Notes: a model not told the origin generated them from the sequence alone. DNA of 31,287 nucleotides from Methanotrichaceae archaeon (GCA_963813075.1 CAWEXU010000020.1:1-31287); one strand, 5' to 3'; positions 1 through 9,417 are shown, numbered from the stretch's first letter. Translations and numbers: made by a program.

Positions 1-1844
1 TCCTCTATCCCCAATTTTTTGGCGTCCAGGGGATTGATCTCCACCCAGCCGGTCTTGACCTCGGAGTCGAGGCTCTCTGAGCGGCGGGTCATGGTTCCCG
101 TATGCCAGTGCCATATGCTCCTGCCGGTGGTCAGAATGAATGGAAACTCGGCGTCAGGGACCTCAGCCGGCGGCTGCCAGTGCACTGCGGTGAAGACTCC
201 CAGGCCGTCGGGGGTGGAGAACCTCTCCGTATGAAGGATCGACGTCCCCGGATGATCCCGGTCCGGGCAGGGCCACTGAAGGGCAGAGGGGTCTTCCAGC
301 CTCGCGTAATTCATCCCCCCATAAGAGGGAGTGGCGCGGGCGATCTCGTCGAATATATCGCTCGCATCCTGATAGGAAAACTGCTCCCCGTATCCCATGT
401 ATCCTGCCAGCCGGCAGAGGATGAGCCAGTCGGGCAGGGCCTCGCCAGGAGGCTCGACTGCCTTCCTCCACCTTTGCACCCGCCGCTCGGTGTTGGTGTG
501 GGTACCGTCCTTCTCCGCATAGCAGGCCGAGGGCAAAAGGACGTCTGCAAGCTCTGCTGTCTCGGACAGAAAGATGTCCTGGCAGACCAGGAAGTCCAAG
601 CTCTCCAGGGAACAACGAACTTGATTCACATTCGGCTCGGAGAGGATCGGGTTCTCTCCCATCATGTACAGGCATTTTATCCTGCCCTGATGGGACTGCT
701 CGATCATCTCCGTGGCCGTATAGCCCTGATTGCAGGCGATCTCGTCTTTTCCCCAGAGGGTCATCATCCTCTGCCTGCACTCTTCGTTTGATACCTTCTG
801 GTAGCCGCTGAATAGATCAGGCAGGCAGCCCATATCGCAGGCCCCCTGGACGTTGTTCTGGCCCCGGAGGGGATTGACTCCGCTCCCCGGCCTTCCGATG
901 TTGCCGGTGAGCATCATCAGATTGGCCACGGACAGGACGTTGTCCACTCCGGTGGTGTGCTGGGTGATTCCCATGGAGTAGATGAGAGCGCATGGTTTGG
1001 ATTTTGCTATCCATTCCCCGGCGGTGAATAGATCTGCCTCGTCGATGCCGCATATTCGGCTCACGTTCTCCGGGCAGTAATTCTCGTCCAGAACAGTCTC
1101 TCTAAGCGATTGGAAGCCACGGGTCCTCTTGGCAATGAAATCACTATCCTCCCAGCCGTTCTTGATGATGATATGCATGAGGCCGTTGAGGAGAAGCACG
1201 TCGGTTCCCGAATAGATGGAAAGGAACAGGTCAGACTGCTTTGCTGTGGGGGTGTGTCTGGGATCGGCATAGATTATCTTCGCCCCCTTTTTTCGGGCGA
1301 GGAGCAGTCTTCTCCCGATCAGTGGATGCTGCTCAAATGTATTGCTCCCAATGACGAACAGGCATTTGGCCTCCTCCAGGTCCAGGATGGAGTTGGTCAT
1401 TGCTCCCGAGCCGAAGACCTGGGATAGGGCGGCGACGGTGGGCGAATGGCAGAGCCGGGCGCAGTTGTCAATATTGTTGGTCTTGAGCACCAGCCGGGCG
1501 AACTTCTGCATGAGGTAGTTGTCCTCATTGGAGGCTTTAGAGGATGAAAAGCAGCCGATCTCCTCCGGAGGGAAGGATCTGAATCTCTCGGCGATCAGGC
1601 AGAGGGCTTCCTCCCAGGAGGAGGGAACAAAGATCCCATCTCTCTTTATCAGGGGAGAAGTGAGGCGGTCGGGGTGGTGGATGAACTCATGGGCGTACCT
1701 CCCCTTCTGGCAGAGCTTCCCCTCATTGATGGGAGGGCTATGCCAGGGCTCTATTCCCAGGACCCGACCGTCCCTGACTGCCAGATTGAAGCTGCATCCC
1801 GTGCCGCAGTAAGGGCAGGTGGTGGGAACGAATCTCAGATCCAG
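1..1844 (-). CDS. fdhA: Formate dehydrogenase alpha subunit-like molybdopterin oxidoreductase (Cys type), runs off the left edge
   Basis: Manual translation: LDLRFVPTTCPYCGTGC...EGKLCQKG (4Fe-4S motif), KASNEDNYLMQKFAR, NNIDNCARLCHSPT (active-site Cys-His), GSGAMTNS. The same frame gives WVEINPLDAKKLGIE at the window edge. Absent from the ORF track, consistent with no stop inside the window. Start is CTG 1844 or TTG 1856. Confidence 0.9.
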   Translation of the reverse strand, partial: MDLRFVPTTCPYCGTGCSFNLAVRDGRVLGIEPWHSPPINEGKLCQKGRYAHEFIHHPDRLTSPLIKRDGIFVPSSWEEALCLIAERFRSFPPEEIGCFSSSKASNEDNYLMQKFARLVLKTNNIDNCARLCHSPTVAALSQVFGSGAMTNSILDLEEAKCLFVIGSNTFEQHPLIGRRLLLARKKGAKIIYADPRHTPTAKQSDLFLSIYSGTDVLLLNGLMHIIIKNGWEDSDFIAKRTRGFQSLRETVLDENYCPENVSRICGIDEADLFTAGEWIAKSKPCALIYSMGITQHTTGVDNVLSVANLMMLTGNIGRPGSGVNPLRGQNNVQGACDMGCLPDLFSGYQKVSNEECRQRMMTLWGKDEIACNQGYTATEMIEQSHQGRIKCLYMMGENPILSEPNVNQVRCSLESLDFLVCQDIFLSETAELADVLLPSACYAEKDGTHTNTERRVQRWRKAVEPPGEALPDWLILCRLAGYMGYGEQFSYQDASDIFDEIARATPSYGGMNYARLEDPSALQWPCPDRDHPGTSILHTERFSTPDGLGVFTAVHWQPPAEVPDAEFPFILTTGRSIWHWHTGTMTRRSESLDSEVKTGWVEINPLDAKKLGIE

Positions 1845-2109
1845 TCCTTCTCTCAAAGCATAAAACCCCAATATCTGAATATTGTTCAAAGTATATGAAC
1901 GTTCCATTTTAATTGGCCAGATCCTCGATAGATTATTAAGTAATAATTGGTCTTAAATAACCCTATTTATCATAGCAATAATCATCATTGATCCGGCTGT
2001 ATAGCCCGGCCAGGTCAGAGCTGATGAATAGCTGAATTGCATTATGGCCGAATGATCGGGCCAGGCATTCCAGCCTCAAGAATCGGCCAGCGGAAATCCA
2101 ATTGTAGGG

Positions 2110-2180
2110 CATTGCGGGATAGGACATTGCAGGATAGGACATTGCAGGATAGGACATTGCAGGATAGGACATTGCAGGAT
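2110..2180. repeat. 15-bp tandem repeat CATTGCAGGATAGGA, about 4.7 copies
   Basis: Units start at 2110 (one mismatch), 2125, 2140, 2155 and 2170 (partial). Confidence 0.95.
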
Positions 2181-2230
2181 TAATGTGTCAGTAAGAATAA
2201 GAGTATATGCAATAAACAGGTGGTGCAGTT

Positions 2231-2530
2231 ATGGTGATAATGGGCGTAGTCAGGCATAAGATAGATGACTTTGCGGCATGGAAGCAGAAGTTCGATGAGC
2301 GGATGGCAATTCGCAAGGGGAATGGCTGGGCAGGCCACGAGCTTTACTATGATGAGAACGGCAAGAACGCATATGTTGTCCATACGGTAAATGATGATAA
2401 GGTCGATATGGCGAAGCAGCATATGGCCAAGTTCAAAGCTCTGGGCAAGCGTAATGAGATGAATCCCTCCGGCAACCCGGACCACTCCATATTGCCAAAG
2501 GGCAGCAAGATAGAAGAGATGACCTACTGA
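2231..2530 (+). CDS. Small hypothetical protein, probable dimeric alpha-beta barrel (ABM/cyclase-like)
   Basis: VRHKIDDFAAWKQKFD..R..G pattern, GGTG upstream, T-rich tract downstream. Confidence 0.65.
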   Translation: MVIMGVVRHKIDDFAAWKQKFDERMAIRKGNGWAGHELYYDENGKNAYVVHTVNDDKVDMAKQHMAKFKALGKRNEMNPSGNPDHSILPKGSKIEEMTY

Positions 2531-2629
2531 AGAGATCCTATTTTCATAATCTTCTTGCAATACGAATTTTTTTCAATATATTTTAGTTTTATAATTTTTA
2601 CAAAATTTGGCGGAGGGCAGCAGAATTTC

Positions 2630-3268
2630 TTACATGCACCCGCCGATCAGCTCCACCGCCTCCCTCAGGTCGCCTATGACCTCGGGACCCTGGCGCTCGC
2701 CCTTGCGGTCCAGAAAGAGGGCATCCAGGCCCGCATCAAGAGCTGACTCATAGTCATAGCTGTAGTGGTCGCCGATGTGCAGGACCTCAATGGGCCGGGC
2801 ATCCAATTGAGCGCAGATAGCGCCATAGAGGAGTGGCGACTTCTTGACCTCCCGAAAGTCGCTGGTGGCGGAGAAGATATCCCGGAAATAGCACTTCAGG
2901 CCGTCCAGCTCGATGTCGATAAAGTCGCGGGCGGCATTGGATGTCACCACCAGCTCATAATTCTGGGAGAGGAGCTCGAGCACCTCTTCCACCTCGGGAT
3001 AAACCTCGATCTCATCCTCGTATAGCTCCAAGAGGTGCTCTTTCTCCACCGAGAGGCCGAACTTATCTATCCAGAACTTGAGGTCATACCACTCCAGGTG
3101 GTCGCTGCCGATCTTCATGTACTCGCCAATCACATATTCTCTGGCCGCGGGAAAGTCCAGCCCCGTCTTCTCGGCATAAAGCCTGGGCATTCCCTCCATC
3201 CAGACCTTGTCCACAAACCTTGAATTTACCAGGGTGCCATCCATGTCCAGGGATATTATGCGAATCAT
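2630..3268 (-). CDS. HAD-superfamily hydrolase (subfamily IA)
   Basis: Motifs DMDGT, VTSN, KK..P and HIGDHYSYD; GGAG upstream of the ATG. Confidence 0.9.
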   Translation of the reverse strand: MIRIISLDMDGTLVNSRFVDKVWMEGMPRLYAEKTGLDFPAAREYVIGEYMKIGSDHLEWYDLKFWIDKFGLSVEKEHLLELYEDEIEVYPEVEEVLELLSQNYELVVTSNAARDFIDIELDGLKCYFRDIFSATSDFREVKKSPLLYGAICAQLDARPIEVLHIGDHYSYDYESALDAGLDALFLDRKGERQGPEVIGDLREAVELIGGCM

Positions 3269-3398
3269 CTTGAACTCCAGTTGAAGAGAGGACTGTCGCT
3301 TTATGGGTTTATTATCTTTTGGATAGGTCGAAAAGTATAAGGTGACGTGCTATCAATTGACAGACCAGGAAGAGAATTTATAGGTCTGGGATGATCTG

Positions 3399-4655
3399 AT
3401 GGCTAAAACTTTAATGTATGTTTTGCTAATGCTTTTTACGGCTACAGGCACTGGAAGCGCTGACACGGCGAGGGTGAGCTACGATGATGGCAGCGCCGAG
3501 GATGCGGTCTGGATGGATAACCAGCGGGGACATGCCGTGGTTTTTGAGGCACCGTGCGAGAACTGGACCCTATCCGGTGTGGAGATACTGGGGAAGTTGG
3601 CCCCAGAGCCGGAATCAGATATGCTGGTGGTGGAGGTCTGGGACCGGAATCTTTCCCTGCTCTCCAGGTCGACGGACAGGGCCCGGTCCTACTTTTCCGA
3701 CAACTTCACCTGGTCGGTAGTGGATATCCCTGATGCGACCGTTTCGGGAAGCTTCGTGATCTCGGTCTATGAGTTCGCTGGGGTGTACATTGCCGTGGAC
3801 AACAGCTCGCGTTACCAGAGGTCAATTCTGACTGCCCGCAATCCCAATCGGATCCTGGCCTGGGATTTGCTGAATCGCTCCGATAACCAGACCAGCTGGA
3901 TGATCCGGGCCCTGGGCCAGTCCCCTGCACCTGAGATCAGCCTGGAGGTGACACGAGATCTGGCAAGCCAGGCCAGTCCGGCAAAGATCCGGGTTTTGGC
4001 AGAGGATATGGATGATAACCTGCTGAGGGCCAAATTGTACATCGTGGACAACAAGAGCCATGAGATCGTCTGGTCGGAGGAGAAGGCCCTGGAGGGTGGA
4101 AGCTCTGACCTGGAGTTCTCCTGGCCCGGGTCCATGCGCCAGATCTCCCTGAATGGATCATATTATGGACCGGTATATGCCGCCAATGCCCTGGGGATCT
4201 CCGAGAATGTGAGCAGCCTTCTCTCCTACATAGCGCCGGCGGTTCTTGTGGGGAAAGATAACCGGACCGTTATCGCCCAGGCCTATTTTGGCCAGGATGG
4301 CGGCTTCAATGCCCTGATCGACTCATACAGAGGGGGGTACTATCTATCCCGCGATCTATTGGAGAGAACTATGCCGGGCAGCAATTACTCCCAGTTCGTT
4401 ATGGACAATGTCAGCCTGGTTTCCGGCGAGAGCAGAATTGGCTTTTTAAAGCTGAAGATGCCGATAAATGAAAGCGATGAGAGCATGGAGGTCGTAGGCC
4501 CAATGCTTCTCGCCGGCTCGCCGCAGGAGAGCTATGGGCTGCGCCTGGAAGAGGTCCCGGCAGGCATGGGCGAGTATGTCATTCTGGTTGAGGTGCAGGA
4601 CTCGGCATTCAATGCATTGGGAAGAGCGGGAGAGAAGATGGCAAGGGTGGCATGA
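3399..4655 (+). CDS. Secreted/cell-surface hypothetical glycoprotein
   Basis: 418-aa ORF with an N-terminal signal peptide (MAKTLMYVLLMLFTATGTGSA) and 13 N-x-S/T sequons. Confidence 0.8.
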   Translation: MAKTLMYVLLMLFTATGTGSADTARVSYDDGSAEDAVWMDNQRGHAVVFEAPCENWTLSGVEILGKLAPEPESDMLVVEVWDRNLSLLSRSTDRARSYFSDNFTWSVVDIPDATVSGSFVISVYEFAGVYIAVDNSSRYQRSILTARNPNRILAWDLLNRSDNQTSWMIRALGQSPAPEISLEVTRDLASQASPAKIRVLAEDMDDNLLRAKLYIVDNKSHEIVWSEEKALEGGSSDLEFSWPGSMRQISLNGSYYGPVYAANALGISENVSSLLSYIAPAVLVGKDNRTVIAQAYFGQDGGFNALIDSYRGGYYLSRDLLERTMPGSNYSQFVMDNVSLVSGESRIGFLKLKMPINESDESMEVVGPMLLAGSPQESYGLRLEEVPAGMGEYVILVEVQDSAFNALGRAGEKMARVA

Positions 4656-4720
4656 CCTTCTGCATCTGCAGCAGTCATAAAATCCCAATTTGGAGCGATT
4701 GAAAAGAGCTGCCAATCCTG

Positions 4721-4751
4721 AAAAAGAGGGGAGAGAAGACCTCTCCCTTTT
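4721..4751. terminator. Possible bidirectional terminator hairpin
   Basis: AAAAA..GGGAGAG-aagac-CTCTCCC-TTTT downstream of the 3399-4655 gene. Confidence 0.5.
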
Positions 4752-4851
4752 GTATTTCAGTAACTATTGCAGCCTTCCATGGGGCACATGCAGCATACGC
4801 CGCCGTGGACGGGGACAAACACTTAGTACATCCTTCTCATCTTGAGGGTCT

Positions 4852-5466
4852 ATGCGCACATTCGTCGTCGTCGGCCACAAGGCCACCACCCAGCCCAACT
4901 TCTCTTTGGAGGACATACCGGGCACATCCGGCCGCCTGGACATCCTTTGCCGCTCTGTCACCTCCGCCTTTGTCCTCTCCCACGGCATCAGAAAGGATGT
5001 CCTGGTGTACCTGGTACTGCTGGGCGGAGAGCCTCCCAAGACCATCCGGCTGGTGGGTGAGACCCTCCGCCACCTCAATCCGGATGAGAGGACCACCGCA
5101 GCTCTCCTCAAAAAGGCCCTGGCAGTGCAGGCCACGCCGGAATGGGCAATGTCCACCTCGGGCATATTCGTCCGCACCGGTGGCCTTCCAGAGTTGCTGG
5201 AGGATCTGAAGCAGACATCTGTCCGGCTGGTATACCTGAAAGAGGATGGAAGGGATTTCCGCTGCCTGAATGACGAGCCTCAGGAGAGGGAGACGGCATT
5301 CGTCCTGGGAGACCACACCGGAATGACTGAAGAGGAGGAGGCGCTGCTTGCCTTGGCCGGGGCAGAGGTGGTTACTCTCGGGCCGGCCAGCCTGCACGCC
5401 GATCACTGCATAGTGGTCACGAACTGGCTCATGGATACCAATGCCTTTATGTCAGATTGCAGATAA
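4852..5466 (+). CDS. trmY: tRNA (pseudouridine54-N1)-methyltransferase, SPOUT family
   Basis: MRTFVVVGH, SGRLDILCR, SHGIRKD, LNPDER, FVLGDHTG, LGPASLHADHCI; near pus10. Confidence 0.93.
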   Translation: MRTFVVVGHKATTQPNFSLEDIPGTSGRLDILCRSVTSAFVLSHGIRKDVLVYLVLLGGEPPKTIRLVGETLRHLNPDERTTAALLKKALAVQATPEWAMSTSGIFVRTGGLPELLEDLKQTSVRLVYLKEDGRDFRCLNDEPQERETAFVLGDHTGMTEEEEALLALAGAEVVTLGPASLHADHCIVVTNWLMDTNAFMSDCR

Positions 5467-5508
5467 TACCTTCTTAATGAAAATCCAGATATTAATTGGA
5501 GATACTAT

Positions 5509-5754
5509 ATGGCTAATTCAAAAAGCGCGATATTTGCAGTAATATTGAACCTCCTATTAGCAGGACTGGGTCACATTTATCTGGGCTACCCCCGGAGGGG
5601 AATAGTCCTCTTCCTGTTGAGCTTCCTGATAGCAGCCGCAAGCGCCGGATTGGGGTGGATCGTGGCCGTCATCCTGTGCTCGTACGATGCCTGGCAGCTG
5701 GCCAGGAACAGACCTGCACCCTTCGACTTCCTGGGAGAATATATTGGCGAATAG
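5509..5754 (+). CDS. Small membrane protein (TM2-like)
   Basis: KSAIFAVILNLLLAGLGHIYLG motif followed by hydrophobic helices; GGAG upstream. Confidence 0.7.
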   Translation: MANSKSAIFAVILNLLLAGLGHIYLGYPRRGIVLFLLSFLIAAASAGLGWIVAVILCSYDAWQLARNRPAPFDFLGEYIGE

Positions 5755-5831
5755 GCTATTGGAGACAGGATATTGAGTGCCCAGCAAGATCTAATAAACC
5801 AGTAGCTCAATCTACCCGAAAAAGAGTCATT

Positions 5832-7199
5832 ATGAGTGAAGTCATGAGTGAAGAGATCCTAGAGAAGCCAATTGATGACATCCTGGAGACGGCCAAAAAG
5901 ATCGTCCGCCTGGGTCCCATCTGCGACAGCTGCCTGGGAAGGCAGTTTGCCATGCTGGCCACCGGCCTTACCAATGCCGAGCGCGGCCGATCTATAAAGA
6001 CCGTCCTGGCCATGCAGGCCTCAGCTTCGGATGACCGGTCCGGGCTAGAGGACCTGGCCCCTTCTTTCCGGTCAGCCCGGCTCAAGCTGGGCCGCAAGGA
6101 TGAGCCGGACGCCCGCTGCACCGTCTGCCTGGGAGAAATATCGCCGGAAATGCTCGATAAATGGGCAGAGAGGGCAGCCGCCGCCCTTGCTGGCTGGGAG
6201 TACTCCACCCTGGTGGTTGGCACCAAGATGTCCGGCCTTCTCGCCGAGAACGAGGAACTCCTCCTCGCGGACGGAGGCTCGCGCCATGCCGAGCCCTTCA
6301 AGTCCGAACTGAACCGGGAGGTCGGAAAACGCCTCTCTGCGATCACCGGAAAGGAGTTCGACCTGAAAAATCCTAATATGGTGGTCCATCTGAACCTGGA
6401 GAAAGGCGAGGCCCAGCTGCAGGTGGCATCTTTATTCCTGCGCGGCCGCTACAGAAAGCTCGTCCGGGGCATTCCCCAGACCCGCTGGCCCTGTCGCGAG
6501 TGCCGCGGCCGGGGTTGTCCTCGCTGCAACGGCACGGGCCGCATGTACCTGGAGTCAGTGGACGAGCTGATCCGGCCGGCGGTGATGGGGGCGGCAGAGG
6601 CCGAGGATACCGTCTTTCACGGAGCCGGTCGCGAGGATATCGACGCCCGCATGCTGGGCAGCGGCAGGCCGTTCATCGTGGAAGCTGTCCGGCCGCGGAT
6701 AAGGACCATCGACCTGCTGAAGTTGACTGAGGAGATCAATCATCAGGCAGAGGGCAAAGTGGAGGTACTGGAGCTACTTTATGCGGATTCCGCTATGGTG
6801 GAACGGCTAAAAGAGGCTACATTTCTGAAAACCTACTCCGCCCTGGTCCGACTGGGTGCAGAGATTCCAGAAGAAAAGCTTAAATCCGGCCTGAACAGAT
6901 TAGTTGGACAGGTCGATCAGCGTACGCCAACTCGCGTCTCTCACCGAAGGGCAGATAAGCTCAGGGTGAGGAAGGTTTATAACGCAGAGCTAATTGAGGT
7001 TAAGGGCAATCTGGCCCGCATGACTATAAAAGGCGAGAGCGGTCTCTATATCAAAGAGCTGATCTCCGGAGACGGAGGCAGAACCCAGCCGAACCTCACT
7101 GAGATCCTCAGAGTGGACGCAATCGTTGAAGAGCTAGATGTAATAGATGTAGGTGGAGAATCAGATGGCACATCATCACGGAATGCGGAAGAAGTCTAG
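5832..7199 (+). CDS. pus10: tRNA pseudouridine(54/55) synthase Pus10
   Basis: CDSCLGRQF zinc site, GRYRKLVRGIPQTRW, catalytic FHGAGREDIDARMLGSGRPF, GLYIKELISGD. Likely start ATG 5832 or 5844, not 5655. Confidence 0.95.
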   Translation: MSEVMSEEILEKPIDDILETAKKIVRLGPICDSCLGRQFAMLATGLTNAERGRSIKTVLAMQASASDDRSGLEDLAPSFRSARLKLGRKDEPDARCTVCLGEISPEMLDKWAERAAAALAGWEYSTLVVGTKMSGLLAENEELLLADGGSRHAEPFKSELNREVGKRLSAITGKEFDLKNPNMVVHLNLEKGEAQLQVASLFLRGRYRKLVRGIPQTRWPCRECRGRGCPRCNGTGRMYLESVDELIRPAVMGAAEAEDTVFHGAGREDIDARMLGSGRPFIVEAVRPRIRTIDLLKLTEEINHQAEGKVEVLELLYADSAMVERLKEATFLKTYSALVRLGAEIPEEKLKSGLNRLVGQVDQRTPTRVSHRRADKLRVRKVYNAELIEVKGNLARMTIKGESGLYIKELISGDGGRTQPNLTEILRVDAIVEELDVIDVGGESDGTSSRNAEEV

Positions 7200-7455
7200 A
7201 GACAAGCTGAGCAAGACTGTCAGGAGCAGTGGAATATCTCCCGTAGTCAGAGCTATCCAGGAGTTCGATACGGGGTCAAAGGTTCACGTGCTCATCGATC
7301 CCAGCATACATAAGGGCATGCCTCACCCCAGGTTCCATGGAAAGACGGCGGAGGTCGTCGGAAAGAGGGGCAGAGCATTCGTCCTGAAGGTCACAGATGG
7401 CGACGCCACCAAGACCTTGATCACACTGCCTGAACATCTTAAAGCGCAGAAATAA
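7165..7455 (+). CDS. rpl21e: 50S ribosomal protein L21e
   Basis: IDPSIHKGMPHPRFHGKT; ATG 7165 after GGTGGAG; overlaps the end of pus10. Confidence 0.96.
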   Translation: MAHHHGMRKKSRDKLSKTVRSSGISPVVRAIQEFDTGSKVHVLIDPSIHKGMPHPRFHGKTAEVVGKRGRAFVLKVTDGDATKTLITLPEHLKAQK

Positions 7456-7456
7456 G

Positions 7457-7801
7457 ATGATTGTTAAAAGTGTCTTGGAAGAGGATTACCTGACCTTAGC
7501 GGAGGTCAAAGAGATCCTCGACCAGATCCGGGAGAAGCGGGCTGATGAAGAGGAGCTGGGCTATGAGCTTCGCCGGGCGATAAGGCATGCTGAGCTCTTT
7601 TCTAAGGGCAGCGCAGAAGAGAATGTGGCAATGGTAGCTGAGCTGATGAAAATGGAGAAGATGACCAGGCTTTTAGCGGTAAAGATCGCAGACGTCAGGC
7701 CCGTCACCAAGGATGAGCTGAGGGCGATCTACGCCAAGGAGAGGTTCAATCTCAGCGAAGAAGAGCTCAGCAATATTTTAGAAATTGCATTCAGGGGGTA
7801 A
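7457..7801 (+). CDS. rpo4: DNA-directed RNA polymerase subunit Rpo4 (F)
   Basis: YLTLAEVKEIL, AVKIADVRP, DELRAIYAKER; conserved position after rpl21e. Confidence 0.93.
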   Translation: MIVKSVLEEDYLTLAEVKEILDQIREKRADEEELGYELRRAIRHAELFSKGSAEENVAMVAELMKMEKMTRLLAVKIADVRPVTKDELRAIYAKERFNLSEEELSNILEIAFRG

Positions 7802-7806
7802 GGCAT

Positions 7807-8388
7807 ATGCCTGAGGGGAGACCGCCAAAGAGAGAAGAGATAGCCAGGGTTCTCGATTACCTCCCCTATGGTCGCACGCCAGACAGCAGAACCTATCAGA
7901 AGCAGCCTTTGGTTCAGGCGGTGGGCGAGACCAATTTTGTGCTTATGGAGATGACCCCCAAAGAGGGAGTTGTCCCGGTAGCGGGAACTCGGGTTTATAT
8001 CGGCAGCGGCAGCCGGGATGTAATCGATCATGTCAACCGCAGGATCGACTACTCTGAGCTTTCCAACAGCGCCAAGCTGGAGCTGCCTTTTGTCATCCAG
8101 ACCGTCGTGCTGGAGGATGAGGCCAGGTTCATTCGCTACTTCAATGATGCCGGCCCCATCACCACCCGTATGCACGCCCTGGAGCTCTTGCCGGGCATAG
8201 GCAAGAAGCTGATGTGGTCGGTGCTAAACGAGCGCAAGAAGGGTCCATTCAAGAGCTTTGCCGATCTGGTGGAGAGAGTGAAGGGGCTGCACAACCCCGA
8301 GAAGCTCATCGCCAAGCGCATCGAGGACGAGTTGATGGACGACCGGATAAAGTACCGGGTCTTTACCACAATTCCTCGCGTAAGATGA
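7807..8388 (+). CDS. DUF655 family putative RNA-binding protein
   Basis: VLDYLPYG, QAVGETNFVLME, ITTRMHALELLPGIGKK; conserved rpo4-DUF655-rsmA order. Confidence 0.92.
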   Translation: MPEGRPPKREEIARVLDYLPYGRTPDSRTYQKQPLVQAVGETNFVLMEMTPKEGVVPVAGTRVYIGSGSRDVIDHVNRRIDYSELSNSAKLELPFVIQTVVLEDEARFIRYFNDAGPITTRMHALELLPGIGKKLMWSVLNERKKGPFKSFADLVERVKGLHNPEKLIAKRIEDELMDDRIKYRVFTTIPRVR

Positions 8389-9122
8389 GACTGGGCCAGC
8401 ATTTTTTGATAGATCGCTCAATTGTGGATACCATTGTGAGCCATGCCGAGCTTGGGCCCCAGGATTGGGTGCTGGAGATTGGGCCCGGAGAGGGCATCCT
8501 GACGCGAGAGCTGGCTGAACGCGCCGGTCGGGTATACGCCGTGGAGATCGATCCCGACCTGGCAGCCGGCCTATGCAATCTGGCCCCAAATGTGCAGGTG
8601 ATACATGCTGATGCTCTGACCGTTCAGTTGCCCCAGTACAATAAGATCGTCTCCAACCTTCCCTATAATATCTCCAGCAAGATCACCTACCGACTGCTGA
8701 GCCGGCCCTTCGACCTGGCGGTGCTGATGTTCCAGAAGGAGTTCGCTATGCGACTAAAAGCTCAACCGACCAGCAAAAATTACGGCCGGCTGGGGATGGT
8801 CGCCGGCTTTTTCAGTCATATCGAGATCCTGGAAAGCGTATCCCGAAAGGCCTTCCGCCCGGTTCCCGATGTGGACTCAGCCATAGTCCGGCTCCGACCG
8901 CGAACAGAGAGGCCCCAGGTAAACCCCCGGTCTTTTATGAGGCTGGCGGATATGCTCTTCCGAAACAGGCGCAAGAAGGTGAAAAAAGGTCTGGCAGCCT
9001 ACGGGGTGGATAAGATGACTCTGACTGAGCTGGACCAGACTTTGATCAATATGCGGCCCGAAGAGCTGACCCCGGACCAGGTGGCAGGGCTGATATTGGC
9101 GATCGAAAAGAAGAGTGATTGA
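8385..9122 (+). CDS. rsmA: 16S rRNA adenine dimethyltransferase RsmA/KsgA
   Basis: LGQHFLID, VLEIGPGEG, VSNLPYNISS, MFQKEFA, FRPVPDVDSA; ATGA overlap with the DUF655 stop. Confidence 0.95.
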   Translation: MRLGQHFLIDRSIVDTIVSHAELGPQDWVLEIGPGEGILTRELAERAGRVYAVEIDPDLAAGLCNLAPNVQVIHADALTVQLPQYNKIVSNLPYNISSKITYRLLSRPFDLAVLMFQKEFAMRLKAQPTSKNYGRLGMVAGFFSHIEILESVSRKAFRPVPDVDSAIVRLRPRTERPQVNPRSFMRLADMLFRNRRKKVKKGLAAYGVDKMTLTELDQTLINMRPEELTPDQVAGLILAIEKKSD

Positions 9123-9188
9123 GTGGCTCTTCGCTATTTCCTGTGGCTAACCAGAGGTTTCTATGATTTTCCAGTTCTTGGTTAGGCG

Positions 9189-9307
9189 CTCTGTGCGTAC
9201 TCTGTGAACTTTGTGTCTCTGTGGTGGAACGTCGCCCGCCACTGGTTATAACCACTGTGTACGAACTACTACCACAGAGGCACAAAGCGCACGGAGAACT
9301 CACAGAG
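9189..9307. repeat. Long imperfect inverted repeat (37-bp arms) built from CTCTGTG/CACAGAG units, with a central 12-bp palindrome
   Basis: Arms 9189-9225 and 9271-9307 are complementary at 31/37 positions plus 2 G-U pairs; TGGTTATAACCA at 9243-9254. Confidence 0.9.
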
Positions 9308-9417
9308 GATTCGACCATTCTATTACCCACAAGAAACAGCGAGGAACCGATTGAGTCTGATCGGGCTGTACAATTGTTTGAATGAGTGCATTTTGAATGA
9401 GTACTTTTATTATATAA

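Noticed and set aside
1..1844. Selenocysteine or pyrrolysine recoding
   Set aside because: The Fdh active site is Cys (TGC), and the broken genes are explained by frameshifts rather than in-frame stops.
1963..2172. ORF with MSYPA repeats
   Set aside because: It is a translation of the 15-bp tandem repeat, with no other coding evidence.
2110..2180. CRISPR array (also considered for 23599-23684)
   Set aside because: Units are short and head-to-tail, with no spacers and no cas genes.
5655..5831. N-terminal extensions in the ORF track (pus10, also rsmA from 8214, CMD from 10969, wHTH from 23814)
   Set aside because: They overlap neighbouring genes or promoter DNA and lie before the family-typical starts.
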